NCBI GenBank assembly: GCA_046350855.1
Contig: JAXLZM010000002.1
Coordinates: forward strand, 14,103-78,102
Direction: 5' to 3'
Origin: Candidatus Anderseniibacteriota bacterium
GTDB taxonomy: Bacteria; Patescibacteriota; JAUYIX01
Length of the DNA stretch: 64,000 nucleotides
Shown here: one piece after another, positions 45,647 to 56,519 of the stretch
Layout of the letters: the number at the start of each line of letters is the position of its first letter
How positions within the stretch are numbered: the first letter of the stretch is position 1
Position numbers and translations under genes: made by a program
The notes under the pieces: generated by a model
What the model saw: the letters and a program-made list of their open reading frames with translations, nothing else
Told to the model about the DNA's origin: nothing
Databases searched by the model: none

Positions 45647-47618
45647 AGCGTGTCAATTTAAACTTGGAGAGCGGCTGAAAAGCTGACAAAAATTCACGTT
45701 GCCGCACAACTTTGTGGGTTTTGTCATCGGTCACCGTGTAGGTAAAGCTGGTCGTGCCACCGCCGGCCGGGCTACCGCTCAAACGGTAGGGGCCATCGAT
45801 TTGGGTGGTTCTGCCTGGATCGGTGCCATAGATATCGACGTGGGCCATGTAGTCCTCGTCCAGGTAGGCCATGATCAAAATGTACCCCTCGGTGTCGTTG
45901 ATAAAACGTAGGTCGGGGTGATCATCGTAGAGCGTGGCCTCCACCCCCCAGTCGCCGTAGGGCCAGAGGTAGTGGTCCACCACAAAAGCGTGGTTTTGGC
46001 GCTCGGTGATCTCAAAGCCCGCGTCGAGGGCGGCTCTAAAGAGGGTCGTACCCACTTGGCACAGTCCACCGCCGTACTCGGGTCGGATCTTGTTGCCGGT
46101 GATGACCAACTCTGGTACGTAGCCGTTGTAGCCATCGATCGGCGCGATGGCTTGGATCGTCGAGAATTCTTGGCCAGGAGCCACGACCAATCCGCTCAGT
46201 AACTCAAAACCGCGGTTGATATTATGGATCCGGTTGAACGAACTATTGGTCGAGTCACTGATGCCACGGGCGATGAGCGTCTTAATGCCAAGCTCGTCGA
46301 TGACATCCTCGTTGATGGCGGGCTTTTTTTCGACCAAGCTTAGTTTGACGCTCGGCTTGTCGGTCGCAATGCTAAAGAGGGCGTCCTCGACCGCCGCATC
46401 CAAATCAACACCCGTGCCGGCTTTACTCGGCTGGGTCACTTTGACTTGGCCTTTTTCAAAAGCGAGACGGGCATTTTGACCTTCGATATCGAGTTCCGCT
46501 GCGGGGTGCGCGAGGAGCCAGTGGGTCAGGCCGTCGCGATTGAGGCCAACCACCGCCATCGCTTTGCCTCGTTTGAGTTCGGGAGCACTTGCTCTATTGA
46601 GACCGGTAAAGTTTTCGCGGGGGAGCAGCACGATATAGGGGTCGGTAGCCTTGTCGCCGCGCCGCTTTTGATCAAAGGGAGTCACGACCAGTGACGGCAA
46701 GGTGGCGCTGTCCGGAACAATCTCTTCACCGCGCTTCTTTTTTGGCTCTGGCAGACCACAGGCGCAACTCGCTTTACCCTGCACGTTCTCGGGTGTGATT
46801 GACATAAATTCTAACCACCCGCCAATCTCGTCACGCGTGGGGGAGTAGTTTTTTTCTTTGTAGTAAAAGTTGAGCTTGGAGTCGAGCAGTTGCTCCGCGA
46901 GAGCCTGACTAGCCGCTAATTGCTCCGGCTGAACCTCTGGCTGGGTCGGCCCGAGACTCAATTGTAAATCTGTGTGCGACAATGTTTGCGCATTGCTTTG
47001 GAGCGTTTGATAGGCCGGCTCCCGAATAATTTCGTTACCGAGTTCTGGCTTGAGTTGTGTCAGTTTGCCGTTTGCGTAGGAGAGGCGTGCATCTTTGGCG
47101 GGTTTTTCGATGGTCAAAAAGGCCGTCTCAAACATGCCGTCTAGAGTGTCGCGATCAAAGTTGGCTACGACCGGCAGATGCCCACCGCCAAACGCTACAG
47201 AAACCTGCGCCGCTACATTTTTAAACTTATTTTGGTCGTGTCCCAAATCGTAGGCGGCGGCCACACTTGCGGCAACGTTAATGGTCAAACCGAGATCCTG
47301 CGCGGAGAGCTCAAAGCGCTTGGCCTCGCCCGACTCAGCGGTACCAGTAAAGACAAACGGTTTAGCTAAAAAAGCGTCAACCGCTTTTTGCAGCAGTACA
47401 GTTGCCTCCTCACGAGTTTTGCCGCTCACGTCCACGCCCCCGACCGACATGCGGGGGAGCATGGCCGGATCCTCTGCTACATCCAGTGACCAAGCGGCGG
47501 CACCGGTGCCGGAGCCTAGCGTTACGAGCGAGACGACCAATACAACAAACCACTTGCTTGCTGCCCAGTGGGTTGTCTCGACCTTTTTATTTTTCACCGT
47601 GTTTTTTATGTTCTCCAC
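45645..47618 (-). CDS. VanW-family protein with peptidoglycan-binding domains
   Basis: VGGVDVSGKT, PAKDARL, NRIHNI, YGGGLCQVGTTLFRAAL, ITERQNH, DLRFINDT. Confidence 0.9.
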   Translation of the reverse strand: MENIKNTVKNKKVETTHWAASKWFVVLVVSLVTLGSGTGAAAWSLDVAEDPAMLPRMSVGGVDVSGKTREEATVLLQKAVDAFLAKPFVFTGTAESGEAKRFELSAQDLGLTINVAASVAAAYDLGHDQNKFKNVAAQVSVAFGGGHLPVVANFDRDTLDGMFETAFLTIEKPAKDARLSYANGKLTQLKPELGNEIIREPAYQTLQSNAQTLSHTDLQLSLGPTQPEVQPEQLAASQALAEQLLDSKLNFYYKEKNYSPTRDEIGGWLEFMSITPENVQGKASCACGLPEPKKKRGEEIVPDSATLPSLVVTPFDQKRRGDKATDPYIVLLPRENFTGLNRASAPELKRGKAMAVVGLNRDGLTHWLLAHPAAELDIEGQNARLAFEKGQVKVTQPSKAGTGVDLDAAVEDALFSIATDKPSVKLSLVEKKPAINEDVIDELGIKTLIARGISDSTNSSFNRIHNINRGFELLSGLVVAPGQEFSTIQAIAPIDGYNGYVPELVITGNKIRPEYGGGLCQVGTTLFRAALDAGFEITERQNHAFVVDHYLWPYGDWGVEATLYDDHPDLRFINDTEGYILIMAYLDEDYMAHVDIYGTDPGRTTQIDGPYRLSGSPAGGGTTSFTYTVTDDKTHKVVRQREFLSAFQPLSKFKLTR

Positions 47619-47689
47619 ACCTAAATCTTGCTGACTTTGGTCAGTTTGTCAAGTCTAGCGCCGCCGCAGTCTGCTTCCAAAGGCGCCGA

Positions 47690-50455
47690 TTAGGCTGACA
47701 CTTTGGCCAGTTTTTTGGCAGGCTTATCAGCGCTCGGCTTAACGGCCGGTTTACTGGGGGCTTTGCTCTCGCCCCGCGTGGCTTTAAACGTAAAGGCCTT
47801 AGCTTTTTCTTGGTAGTCGACCTCGATGGTCTGGCCTGAGGTGTACTCACTCGCCAGGAGTTTTTCGGAGAGAGGGTTCTCAATCTCACGCTGAATCACA
47901 CGACGCAAGGGGCGCGCTCCAAAAGTCGGATCGTACCCCTTATCGATCAAAGCATTTTTAGCGGGCATCGAGACTTTGAGTTTGATATTTTGTGCGTGCA
48001 AGAGCGACTGCAACTCTTTGAGCATCAAGTCCACGATCGCGCGGACCTGGGTCTTGTCCAGGGCGTGGAACACGATCACCTCGTCGATGCGGTTCAAAAA
48101 CTCGGGGCGGAACACTTTTTTTAGTTCATCCTGCAGTTGTCCCTTGAGTGTCTCGTGAGCGCGTTTTTCTTTGTGCTTGGCGTCGCTCTCGACTGCCTCA
48201 CCGTCAAACCCAAAAGTTGCCCCGGTCTTTTGTTGGATCAGTTGCGAGCCGACGTTAGAGGTGGCAATGATAATCGTATTTTTAAAATCGACTAAGCGTC
48301 CCTTGGCATCCGTCAAACGGCCGTCTTCCAAAATTTGCAACAAAATGTTGAACACATCCGGGTGTGCCTTCTCAATCTCATCCAGCAAGATCACAGCATA
48401 AGGCTTTTTGCGGATGCGTTCGGTGAGTTGACCACCTTCTTCAAACCCGACGTAGCCGGGCGGCGAACCCACCAGGCGTGAGACGGTGTGGCGCTCCATG
48501 TACTCAGACATGTCGACACGGATAAGGGCTTCCTCGTCACCAAAGATGAGTTCGGCCAGTGCTTTGGCCAGCTCGGTCTTACCCACACCGGTCGGACCCA
48601 AAAAGATAAAGGAGCCGATGGGACGGTTTGGATCTTTGAGGCCGGCACGACCGCGCCGCACGGCTTGGGCCACGGCCTTGACGGCCTCCTCTTGACCGAT
48701 GATGCGCTCGTGCAGACGATCCTCTAGTTTGAGCAACTTTTGAACCTCTTCCTCGGCGAGCTGCGTGACGGGGATTCCGGTCCACTCCGACAAAATCTTT
48801 TCGATATCGCTCGAGGTGAGGGTCGGCTGTCCGGTCGACTTGGTCTTTTTCCAGCTAGTCTCAAGCTCCTTGAGCTCTTTTTTGAGATCGGTCACTTGCT
48901 TGCCGAGTTTGAGTACCTTGGCGCGGTTTTTAGCTTTAGAGGCGGCTTCTTTTTCGTTTTCGAGGCGACGGATCATACGGTGCTTTTCTTTGAGTTGGTC
49001 TGGCACGTTGATTGAGGCGAGGCGTACCTTGGCGGCACCTTCGTCGACCAAATCGATGGCCTTATCGGGCAAAAAGCGATCGGTAATATAGCGATCGGAG
49101 AGGGAGGCGGCGGCCACGATGGCTTCTTCGGTAATTTTAACTTTGTGGTGTGCCTCGTAACGATCCCGCAGTCCGCGTAAAATCTCGATGGTGTCCTCGA
49201 CGTTGGGTTCCTCCACTAAAATGGGCTGAAAGCGACGCTCAAGTGCAGCGTCTTTTTCGATATGTTTTTGGTACTCATCTAAGGTAGTTGCGCCGATGGC
49301 CTGTAAATCACCACGCGCTAGGGCAGGCTTGAGCATGTTGGCGGCATCGATGGCACCCTCGGCCGACCCCGCCCCGATTAAGGTGTGTAATTCATCGATA
49401 AAGAGGATGACCTCTTTTTGTGAGGCGACGATTTCCTTCATGACTTTTTTGACGCGCTCCTCAAAGTCCCCACGGTGTTTGGTGCCGGCGATCATGCCCG
49501 AGAGGTCGAGAGCTAAGACGCGCTTGCTCTTGAGTGTCTCCGGAATGTTGTCCGAGGCGATACGTTGGGCCAAACCCTCGATCACGGCGGTCTTACCGAC
49601 CCCCGGCTCACCAATCAAGACCGGATTATTTTTGGTGCGACGCGACAAGACTTGGATCACGCGGGCAACTTCTTTAGCACGCCCGACCACGGGATCCAGT
49701 TTACCCTCCCGTGCCATCTCGGTCATATCCCGGGAGAACTCATCCAAAGTTGGCGTGTTGCTACGCGCTTTGCGCCGGCGTGTACCGGTCCCGACAAAAT
49801 TGATCACGGCCGCGCGCGCCTTGGTGTGATCGATCCCATACTTGGCAAAGACTTGCGCCCCCAAGCCCTCACCCTCGCGGATCAACCCAAGTAAAATGTG
49901 CTCGGACCCAACATAGTTGTGTTCCATGTTGCGCGCCTCATGAAAAGCCAACTCCAATACCCGCTTAGCGCGCGGGGCCAGGTCAAACTGTTCTACCGGC
50001 TCGGTGCCAGCCACGATAGTTTCCTCAACATACGCCCGAATATCCTCCGGGTTGACCCCAAAGCCCTTGATGAGCTTGTAAGCCACCTCTTTTTCTTCTA
50101 ACAAACCCAGCAGGAGGTGTTCGGTATCGATTTGACGTGATTTAAACTTGCGCGCCGCCTCAACCGCTTTATCTAAGACCAGTTTGGCCCGCTCGCTAAA
50201 ATAGTCGACGATGTTAATGCGCTCGGGCTGCTGTAACATGCCCTGGTTGGGCACGGGTGCCCCACCAAAAACCGAGGGACCACCGCCGAGTGCTCCAGGA
50301 GCGCCGCCAAAAAAACTCTGCAAAAAGGAGTCGCCGCCAAAAAACATGCGGTCCTCGGCGCAGGAGTGGCAGAGGTGCAAGCGATGCACCTTTCCGTTGA
50401 TAGTTTGTCGGATAGCGATGGAAGCGGGGCGCTGTCCGCAGGATTGGCAAAGCAT
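47690..50455 (-). CDS. clpC: ClpC-type AAA+ chaperone with N-terminal Zn-ribbon
   Basis: CQSC..HLCHSC, Clp-N repeats, GEPGVGKT, GPTGVGKTEL, GSPPGYVG, FGARPLRR. Confidence 0.95.
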   Translation of the reverse strand: MLCQSCGQRPASIAIRQTINGKVHRLHLCHSCAEDRMFFGGDSFLQSFFGGAPGALGGGPSVFGGAPVPNQGMLQQPERINIVDYFSERAKLVLDKAVEAARKFKSRQIDTEHLLLGLLEEKEVAYKLIKGFGVNPEDIRAYVEETIVAGTEPVEQFDLAPRAKRVLELAFHEARNMEHNYVGSEHILLGLIREGEGLGAQVFAKYGIDHTKARAAVINFVGTGTRRRKARSNTPTLDEFSRDMTEMAREGKLDPVVGRAKEVARVIQVLSRRTKNNPVLIGEPGVGKTAVIEGLAQRIASDNIPETLKSKRVLALDLSGMIAGTKHRGDFEERVKKVMKEIVASQKEVILFIDELHTLIGAGSAEGAIDAANMLKPALARGDLQAIGATTLDEYQKHIEKDAALERRFQPILVEEPNVEDTIEILRGLRDRYEAHHKVKITEEAIVAAASLSDRYITDRFLPDKAIDLVDEGAAKVRLASINVPDQLKEKHRMIRRLENEKEAASKAKNRAKVLKLGKQVTDLKKELKELETSWKKTKSTGQPTLTSSDIEKILSEWTGIPVTQLAEEEVQKLLKLEDRLHERIIGQEEAVKAVAQAVRRGRAGLKDPNRPIGSFIFLGPTGVGKTELAKALAELIFGDEEALIRVDMSEYMERHTVSRLVGSPPGYVGFEEGGQLTERIRKKPYAVILLDEIEKAHPDVFNILLQILEDGRLTDAKGRLVDFKNTIIIATSNVGSQLIQQKTGATFGFDGEAVESDAKHKEKRAHETLKGQLQDELKKVFRPEFLNRIDEVIVFHALDKTQVRAIVDLMLKELQSLLHAQNIKLKVSMPAKNALIDKGYDPTFGARPLRRVIQREIENPLSEKLLASEYTSGQTIEVDYQEKAKAFTFKATRGESKAPSKPAVKPSADKPAKKLAKVSA

Positions 50456-50483
50456 GTGGGGTAGCCAGTAGGGTAGTACCTAA

Positions 50484-50510
50484 CTAGCACTCTATCTGTT
50501 TGAGTGCTAA
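50484..50510 (-). promoter_or_regulatory. CIRCE element (HrcA operator) in clpC promoter
   Basis: Minus strand TTAGCACTC-N9-GAGTGCTAG, one mismatch to consensus, just downstream of -35 TTGACG. Confidence 0.9.
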
Positions 50511-50585
50511 TGCGTCAACACTGCGAGCGAGTCGGTTTCGCATCGTCATCACGTTTGGGTCGGCCACTCCGTTACGCAAAACTCC

Positions 50586-51062
50586 TTAGCGTGCGCTACT
50601 AACCTTGATCCGCTTGGTCTTAGCCTTGGTGGCCTTAGGCAAAAGCACTTTGAGCACGCCGTCTTTGAGTTCGGCCCTAACTTTGTCGCCATCCACATCC
50701 ACTGGCAAGATTACCGAGCGACTAAAGGTGCCCCAGTAATTTTCTTGGTAAAAGTAATCTTCTTGCTTGGCCTCGGCGGGATTAGTGCGTGAGCCGCGGA
50801 TCGTGAGCAAATCGTTGTTGAGCGTGATTTCAAGATCGGCCGACTTTACGCCCGCAATGGTCGAGAGCACCACTACATCATCGGGGGTTTGGTAGACGTC
50901 GATGGTGAGTTGGCCTTCTTCTTCCTCCGACTCTTGGGTCTGGGTAACCGGTACTTGCGCATCGGTAAGCGCCGCATCTGTTTGCGGGACCTGGGCGGTA
51001 ATGGATGTGTCGGTGTTCATCTCGGTGGAAGTGATGTTTGTGTCTTGCATGGCGCGAGCCAA
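50586..51062 (-). CDS. Hsp20/alpha-crystallin small heat-shock protein
   Basis: EGQLTIDVYQT, LTIRGSR, WGTFSRSVILP, LKDGVLKVLLPK. Confidence 0.95.
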   Translation of the reverse strand: MARAMQDTNITSTEMNTDTSITAQVPQTDAALTDAQVPVTQTQESEEEEGQLTIDVYQTPDDVVVLSTIAGVKSADLEITLNNDLLTIRGSRTNPAEAKQEDYFYQENYWGTFSRSVILPVDVDGDKVRAELKDGVLKVLLPKATKAKTKRIKVSSAR

Positions 51063-51184
51063 CTCCTTTTTAATACCTAAACGATACTCGTGTGAGCCTC
51101 CTTAGTATATAGGACAGCTCTCGGCAGAACAAATAGCAGGTGAGAAACCGGTGGAAAAGTCAACCGATCTGGCCAAGACAAGGC

Positions 51185-51886
51185 CTAGGTGGGTCGCACC
51201 GGGTTTTTGGCGTCGCGCTTTTGGAGAGTGCGGGTGAACAAATCGAACAGTAAAAAGACCGCCGCCATCATGAGCAGCAAAATCGAGAGCTTAATAGTCG
51301 AGTTGGAGATCGCGACCAGGTCATACACTCCATGCAAGGCGATCCCGAGCACCAGACCCAATAGGACGATCCAACTACCCCCACGTTTGGCAAAACGGCC
51401 GAGGCCCATGCAGTAGCCAATGATGCCGGCCGCCAAAGCGTGCAAAAGAGTAGCGGTTACAAAACGGATCGGCAGCACCCCAGCCCCGTCCCCCAAAACG
51501 ATCAAAATATTTTCGACGGTCGCAAATCCAAGTGAGGCCACCACCATATAGATCACGCCGTCGAGGCGTTCGTTAAAGACGGGGTGATGGTACACACTGG
51601 CGTACACCACCGAGAACTTAGCCAGCTCTTCGACCGGGGCGACCACAAAGAGTGCACCGATAATCGCGGCTTGGGAGAATCCCGGTCCGCTAAAGCCCAG
51701 GTATAGATCGATGGTGTATTCGACAAAGAGGGCCGGCAGCGTCACGAGCATCCCCAATAAAAAAACCCGCCACAAAAAGCGCCGCGGCTCAGGGTGAGCC
51801 CGGTCTTGGCGCACGTACCACCACAGCCAAAAAATGCTTGGCAGCAAGGCGAGCACGACGTTCCGGACGGTAATGAGCCACTCCAT
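51185..51886 (-). CDS. PrsW-family intramembrane metalloprotease
   Basis: PEP, VEELAK, LGFATVEN, LLH, LHGVYD. Confidence 0.92.
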   Translation of the reverse strand: MEWLITVRNVVLALLPSIFWLWWYVRQDRAHPEPRRFLWRVFLLGMLVTLPALFVEYTIDLYLGFSGPGFSQAAIIGALFVVAPVEELAKFSVVYASVYHHPVFNERLDGVIYMVVASLGFATVENILIVLGDGAGVLPIRFVTATLLHALAAGIIGYCMGLGRFAKRGGSWIVLLGLVLGIALHGVYDLVAISNSTIKLSILLLMMAAVFLLFDLFTRTLQKRDAKNPVRPT

Positions 51887-51912
51887 TAGTTGACATGGTA
51901 CTCTAGCTCTGG

Positions 51913-53472
51913 ATGCTAAGCGAACGTGCGACTTCCCAGCACTTGCGCGAGCTACTCACGCGGCCCAGCTACGCCCCGCTCGCCAAGCTTACTCGACACT
52001 CCGGGGTCGAGGTCTTTGTGGTGGGCGGTGCTGTGCGGGATGTTGTGCTCGGCAAGACCCCGGATGATTTAGATTTTGTAGTGCGAGGTGCTGCTCCCGC
52101 AAAGCTCGAGCGCTGGCTTGGTCACATCGGCCGAGTCGTCTTAGTTGGTAAGCGTTTTGGGGTCTATAAAGTCTGGCCACGGGGACAAACGGGTGCAGGT
52201 ACCAGTGTTAGTGTGGACGTGGCCTTGCCCCGTCTGGAAGAACCCACCGGTCGGGGTGGCTACCGCGACGTGCAGATCGCCGCCGACCCGCACCTACCCA
52301 TCCAACAAGACTTGGCTCGGCGCGATTTTACGGTTAATGCCTTGGCGTACAATTGCAAAACCGGGCAGCTGATCGATCCCTACGGCGGTCGAGGGGACTT
52401 GCGCGCTCGTATACTTAGAGCGGTTGGCAATCCCGCTAAACGATTAGAAGAAGATTACTCACGCATGGTGCGTGCGGTGCGTCTGGCGGTGCAGCTCGAG
52501 GCCAAATTAGATTCCGAGCTGGCTCGGGCTATTCGAGAGCACGCCTCCAAAATTGATCAGGCCGACTCCGAGGGTCGCTTGGTGGCGTGGGAGGTGATCG
52601 GTAAGGAGCTCGCGCGAGCTTTTTTCTACGACGGTCGTCGCGCTCTCGAGCTGCTTGAGAAAACCAACTTGCTGTCGGAGGTTCTGCCAGAAGTTGCAAA
52701 ATTAGCGCGCATTACACAGTACGTGGTGTTCCATCCAGAGGGCGATGTCTTGACGCATACCAAGCAGGCGCTCGACCGCTTGTACCAACTCAAGCCTAAG
52801 CCGACACTCATTGAGAGTATTTCGGTTTTGTTACATGACGTGGGTAAGGCTGAGCGGGTGCAGATTAAGGATCCTCCCGACGGTCCGCGCAGTGCTATCA
52901 AACCTGTCCACGACCCCGAACAATTTTTTGCGAGCGGCGCGTATGATCCAAAGCGTCAGCGCGTGATGCACATTGGGCATGCCGAGGCCTCCGTCGCCAT
53001 CGCTCGACGCATTTTTGCACGGCTCGGCTGGGTGCGTTTTGTGGGGACCGCTGGCCAAGCCGAGATTGTGCATAACATTCGGTACCATTTGCTCCAAGAC
53101 ATCGACAAGATGCGGCCCAGTAAGGCAGAACCCATTTTATTTTTTCCAAACGGCCGGGTGCGCTGGAGTTTATTGGCTTTGGCCCAGGTTGACCCGACGC
53201 CTGAGGCCGCTCGACCCAATAATCGCTACAGGTTGGCCCTCGACCGTGTGCAGACACTCATGGCTCAGCACTTACAAAAGGCACCGGTTGCAACGCCTGG
53301 TTTGGCGCGTCCACTGGTAAGTGGCACAGACCTTTTAGAGCTCGGTCTCGAGGCGGGTCCGCAGCTGGGCGACGTCTTGGCTTCGGTCAGAGACGCGCAG
53401 CTTGCCGGTCGCGTGGCGACCCGGCAAGCTGCGCTCAAACTGGCGCGAAGTTTTGCTAAAACAGCGCGTTGA
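51913..53472 (+). CDS. cca: CCA-adding tRNA nucleotidyltransferase with HD domain
   Basis: VGGAVRD, DLD, DLARRDFTVNA, HPEGDV..H, LLHDVGK. Confidence 0.92.
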   Translation: MLSERATSQHLRELLTRPSYAPLAKLTRHSGVEVFVVGGAVRDVVLGKTPDDLDFVVRGAAPAKLERWLGHIGRVVLVGKRFGVYKVWPRGQTGAGTSVSVDVALPRLEEPTGRGGYRDVQIAADPHLPIQQDLARRDFTVNALAYNCKTGQLIDPYGGRGDLRARILRAVGNPAKRLEEDYSRMVRAVRLAVQLEAKLDSELARAIREHASKIDQADSEGRLVAWEVIGKELARAFFYDGRRALELLEKTNLLSEVLPEVAKLARITQYVVFHPEGDVLTHTKQALDRLYQLKPKPTLIESISVLLHDVGKAERVQIKDPPDGPRSAIKPVHDPEQFFASGAYDPKRQRVMHIGHAEASVAIARRIFARLGWVRFVGTAGQAEIVHNIRYHLLQDIDKMRPSKAEPILFFPNGRVRWSLLALAQVDPTPEAARPNNRYRLALDRVQTLMAQHLQKAPVATPGLARPLVSGTDLLELGLEAGPQLGDVLASVRDAQLAGRVATRQAALKLARSFAKTAR

Positions 53473-55579
53473 GCGAACTCTCCACGTTGCTGGTGATGGC
53501 GGCGGTTCCGCCAGCGATGTAGCCGTGCTGGAGGGTGCCGACCGAGGAAAGATAACTGCTGGTCTCACTCGGGATCGAGCTAGCGTTGACCAATAAGATC
53601 GGGCCCGAGATGGTTTGCGACAAGCCTGACAAGCTCACGATGCCGGCAAAGGGGGCGGCCACGAGCGCATCCGGAAACTTGTTACCCAGGGCAAAGACCG
53701 CGGTGGTCGGACCGGTCGGGAAAAAGTTAGCGGCGATGATTCGGGCCGTGTCAAAGCGGTTGGTTCCGCCAAGACGTGTCACACTCCCCGCAAAAGCCGT
53801 GGCGCTTGAGGCAACTTGGGCGCTGAGGGCGGCCGTTCCACCGGCTAGGTAAATCGTGTTGAGTTGAGCCACGTCTTGTAGATACATCTCGGCGTGCTCG
53901 TTGAGGGCGTCGCTCTCGGTCAGGAGGATTGGCATGTAAAACGGATTGACGCTCGAGTTGGCCGCGCTTGCGCCGGCCGTCAGCGCATCCGGAAAGTCCG
54001 TACCCTTGGCCAAAAAGGCCCCCGTGGCGTTGGTCCCGCGGATCGTATCCATCTTAGCCGCGACAAAGTGAGACGTCTCGTAACGGTTGCTGCCTGCGAT
54101 GCGACCGACATCGATTTTGGAGTTGATCGCTTTGACCGCGTTGACCACCGCGTCGCTGACCACGGCCGAACCCCCAATCACCCAGACATCCTCCTCGGGG
54201 TCATCTACGTTATCAAAGACGCGCGCGATCTCGGCTTGTGTCTCGGCCGGCAGGCTCGCTTTAGTCGTGCCGAGCAAGGGTCCCTTGATCAAGCCTGCTA
54301 GAGGGGCGGCTACCAAACTATCTGGAAAGACTTCTAGGCTGGCGAGCACCAGGGCGTCCACGCTCTTGTCGCCAAAAGCTTCTTTGCTGACTTGGACACC
54401 CGTGTCGTAGCGGTTGGCCCCGGCAAAACGCTGCAGCGCTTTAGGCGATTTGGCGATCTCCATGCCGTAGGGGTTGGCGCCACCGGTGAGTGGCACGACC
54501 GCGGCTTCCGACATCGAGCCTGAGGGATTGAGATTAATCACCGAGACTTTGTCACTCGCGGTCAAGCTCACAAAAGCCCGATCGACCTTGCTAGAAAAAG
54601 CGATCTCGGAGGGCTGGTCCGCGCCCGCGTTGCCACCCAAATTGCTCAGATGCCGCACCTCACTAAAGGGACTGCTCGTGTTGAACTCTATCACCGAGTC
54701 GCCCGTGGGCGGACCGGCTACAAAACCACCCGTCACCAAAAAGCGTTTGGGGCTGCGAGGCTCCCGCTCGACCGCCCAGGGGCCGAGTCCGTACCCGGTC
54801 GAAGAACTCATTGTGGCACTGGTGTTGCTTTGATCGTCAAAGGTACGCATGACGCTCGACAAGCCATCCGCATACATGGCGCGATTGTTGTCGTTGCCAT
54901 CGCCCACAATACCGTAGCCGCTGGCGGCCGTGCCGGGCGTGATGCTGTCGATTTGAGCCAAGCTGCTCGGGCTAAACGAGCGGACTTGTCCGGTCAGAGC
55001 GCCACTGGTGACCCACAAGCGGTCCTCGTTTTTGCTTAAAGCCAGATCCCAGGGTGTAAAGCTCGGGCTGAGGGTCGGTGAGGTCGCCACACTAGTACGA
55101 CTGCGCGTGTCGATTTTAACCACGTTGGTATCCGTCGCGACGTACAAATAATTGCCGTTGCCACTGAGCGCCAAACCTTGCGGTGTGTGTGAGAGCGGGA
55201 TGGAGTATTCTAGGACGTCGCTGTCTGTATTGAGTACGTGGATCAACTTAAAAGCCGAGTCACTGGCATACAGGTATGGCCGAACCGTATCCGCCACGAG
55301 TTCTTCTGGTTCTGCCCCGGCCCCCAATGAGATGGTTGTGAGCGGCGTTGAACTGGCCGCAATCGAGTCCGCATCAAACACAGCGATACTATCGAGGCCT
55401 TGCTGCCCGACATAGAGTTTTTCCATTCCGGCGTGGCCAGCCTGAGCTTGCGGCAACTGCAGTGGCTGCAGTGACCACAATGGAGAAATGAGAGTACTTG
55501 CGGCGAGCAGGACTCCAAAAAAGAGGGTGAGGGGGGTACGCAGGTGGGTTCTGCCGGATTTGTGTAAGGGGTAAAACAT
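53456..55579 (-). CDS. Secreted beta-propeller (YVTN/YncE-like) protein with three CWB2 repeats
   Basis: Signal peptide; LYV..../VSVI repeats; RFAGANRYDT, RIAGSNRYET, RLGGTNRFDT; FPDAL; PILL. Confidence 0.9.
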   Translation of the reverse strand: MFYPLHKSGRTHLRTPLTLFFGVLLAASTLISPLWSLQPLQLPQAQAGHAGMEKLYVGQQGLDSIAVFDADSIAASSTPLTTISLGAGAEPEELVADTVRPYLYASDSAFKLIHVLNTDSDVLEYSIPLSHTPQGLALSGNGNYLYVATDTNVVKIDTRSRTSVATSPTLSPSFTPWDLALSKNEDRLWVTSGALTGQVRSFSPSSLAQIDSITPGTAASGYGIVGDGNDNNRAMYADGLSSVMRTFDDQSNTSATMSSSTGYGLGPWAVEREPRSPKRFLVTGGFVAGPPTGDSVIEFNTSSPFSEVRHLSNLGGNAGADQPSEIAFSSKVDRAFVSLTASDKVSVINLNPSGSMSEAAVVPLTGGANPYGMEIAKSPKALQRFAGANRYDTGVQVSKEAFGDKSVDALVLASLEVFPDSLVAAPLAGLIKGPLLGTTKASLPAETQAEIARVFDNVDDPEEDVWVIGGSAVVSDAVVNAVKAINSKIDVGRIAGSNRYETSHFVAAKMDTIRGTNATGAFLAKGTDFPDALTAGASAANSSVNPFYMPILLTESDALNEHAEMYLQDVAQLNTIYLAGGTAALSAQVASSATAFAGSVTRLGGTNRFDTARIIAANFFPTGPTTAVFALGNKFPDALVAAPFAGIVSLSGLSQTISGPILLVNASSIPSETSSYLSSVGTLQHGYIAGGTAAITSNVESSLNALF

Positions 55580-55637
55580 GGGGGTAGAAATTTAACGACG
55601 ATAGCGCTAGTCTACCTCGGTCACAGGGACTACCAAA

Positions 55638-56519
55638 ATGAGACTTACACGGCCACAACACCTAGAGATGATGGTTGGGGCAGAACCCTTTACCTACGCT
55701 GGCAGTAGCGGTGTGGCTTGTTTGTTGCTGCATGGCTTTACCAGCACGCCGCAAACCTTGCGCGAGCTGGCGTTGCTGTTGCAACGGCGTGGGATTACCA
55801 CTCGGGCGCCGCTTTTGCCGGGGCACGGCACACACGTGACCGATCTCAATGCGCGCACGTGGGAGGAACTAGAAGCCTATGCCGAGCGTGAACTCTTGCA
55901 GCTCTGTCAAACACATCAAAAAATTATTTTAGTCGGCGAGTCTTCCGGTGGAACCATTGCGCTACGACTGGCGGTTAAGCACCCCGACAAAATCGCGGCC
56001 GTCGTCTCGGTAGGCGGGGCCTTGGTGTTTCCGTTTGATACGGTCATGCGCACGATTTTGCCGGTCTACAAACACATCAGCCCCATGCAACGTAAGGTGC
56101 GGGTGGCGGATGTGTGCGACAAGCGAGCTTTACGGGAGCGGGTAGCCTATCGATTTATTCCGATGCACATGTTCCATCGCTTGTTGCGGTACTCGCAGCT
56201 TGCTATCCAGGATTTACCAGAGCTCCAAGCACCGCTCCTCATTTTGCATGCCCGCCAAGACCACTCCGTCTCACCCCGTAGTGCTGAGTTGATGCGTAAG
56301 CGTGCAGGTTCACGCTACAAAAAAATTATTTGGTATCCGCGCAGCTTCCACAATTTGCTAATCGACCTAGAAAAGCAGCGGGTCTTTAAAGATATCGAAC
56401 GTTTTGTGCGACGCATTGCTCGTAGTCGCCGCGTGGTAACGATCCTGCCGGAGTCACTTGGCCAAGCCAGTCGACCGGCTAGTACGCTTAAAGTCAGCAA
56501 GGACTTTGTCATACAGTAA
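55638..56519 (+). CDS. Alpha/beta hydrolase (carboxylesterase/monoacylglycerol lipase family)
   Basis: GAEPF, LLHGFTS, LPGHGT, GESSGG nucleophile elbow, QDHSV, SFH. Confidence 0.92.
   Translation: MRLTRPQHLEMMVGAEPFTYAGSSGVACLLLHGFTSTPQTLRELALLLQRRGITTRAPLLPGHGTHVTDLNARTWEELEAYAERELLQLCQTHQKIILVGESSGGTIALRLAVKHPDKIAAVVSVGGALVFPFDTVMRTILPVYKHISPMQRKVRVADVCDKRALRERVAYRFIPMHMFHRLLRYSQLAIQDLPELQAPLLILHARQDHSVSPRSAELMRKRAGSRYKKIIWYPRSFHNLLIDLEKQRVFKDIERFVRRIARSRRVVTILPESLGQASRPASTLKVSKDFVIQ

Noticed and set aside
47631-47652. CtsR box or operator (CTGACTTTGGTCAG) upstream of vanW
   Set aside because: Short palindrome, not the CtsR direct repeat, and it lies downstream of clpC; too weak to call.
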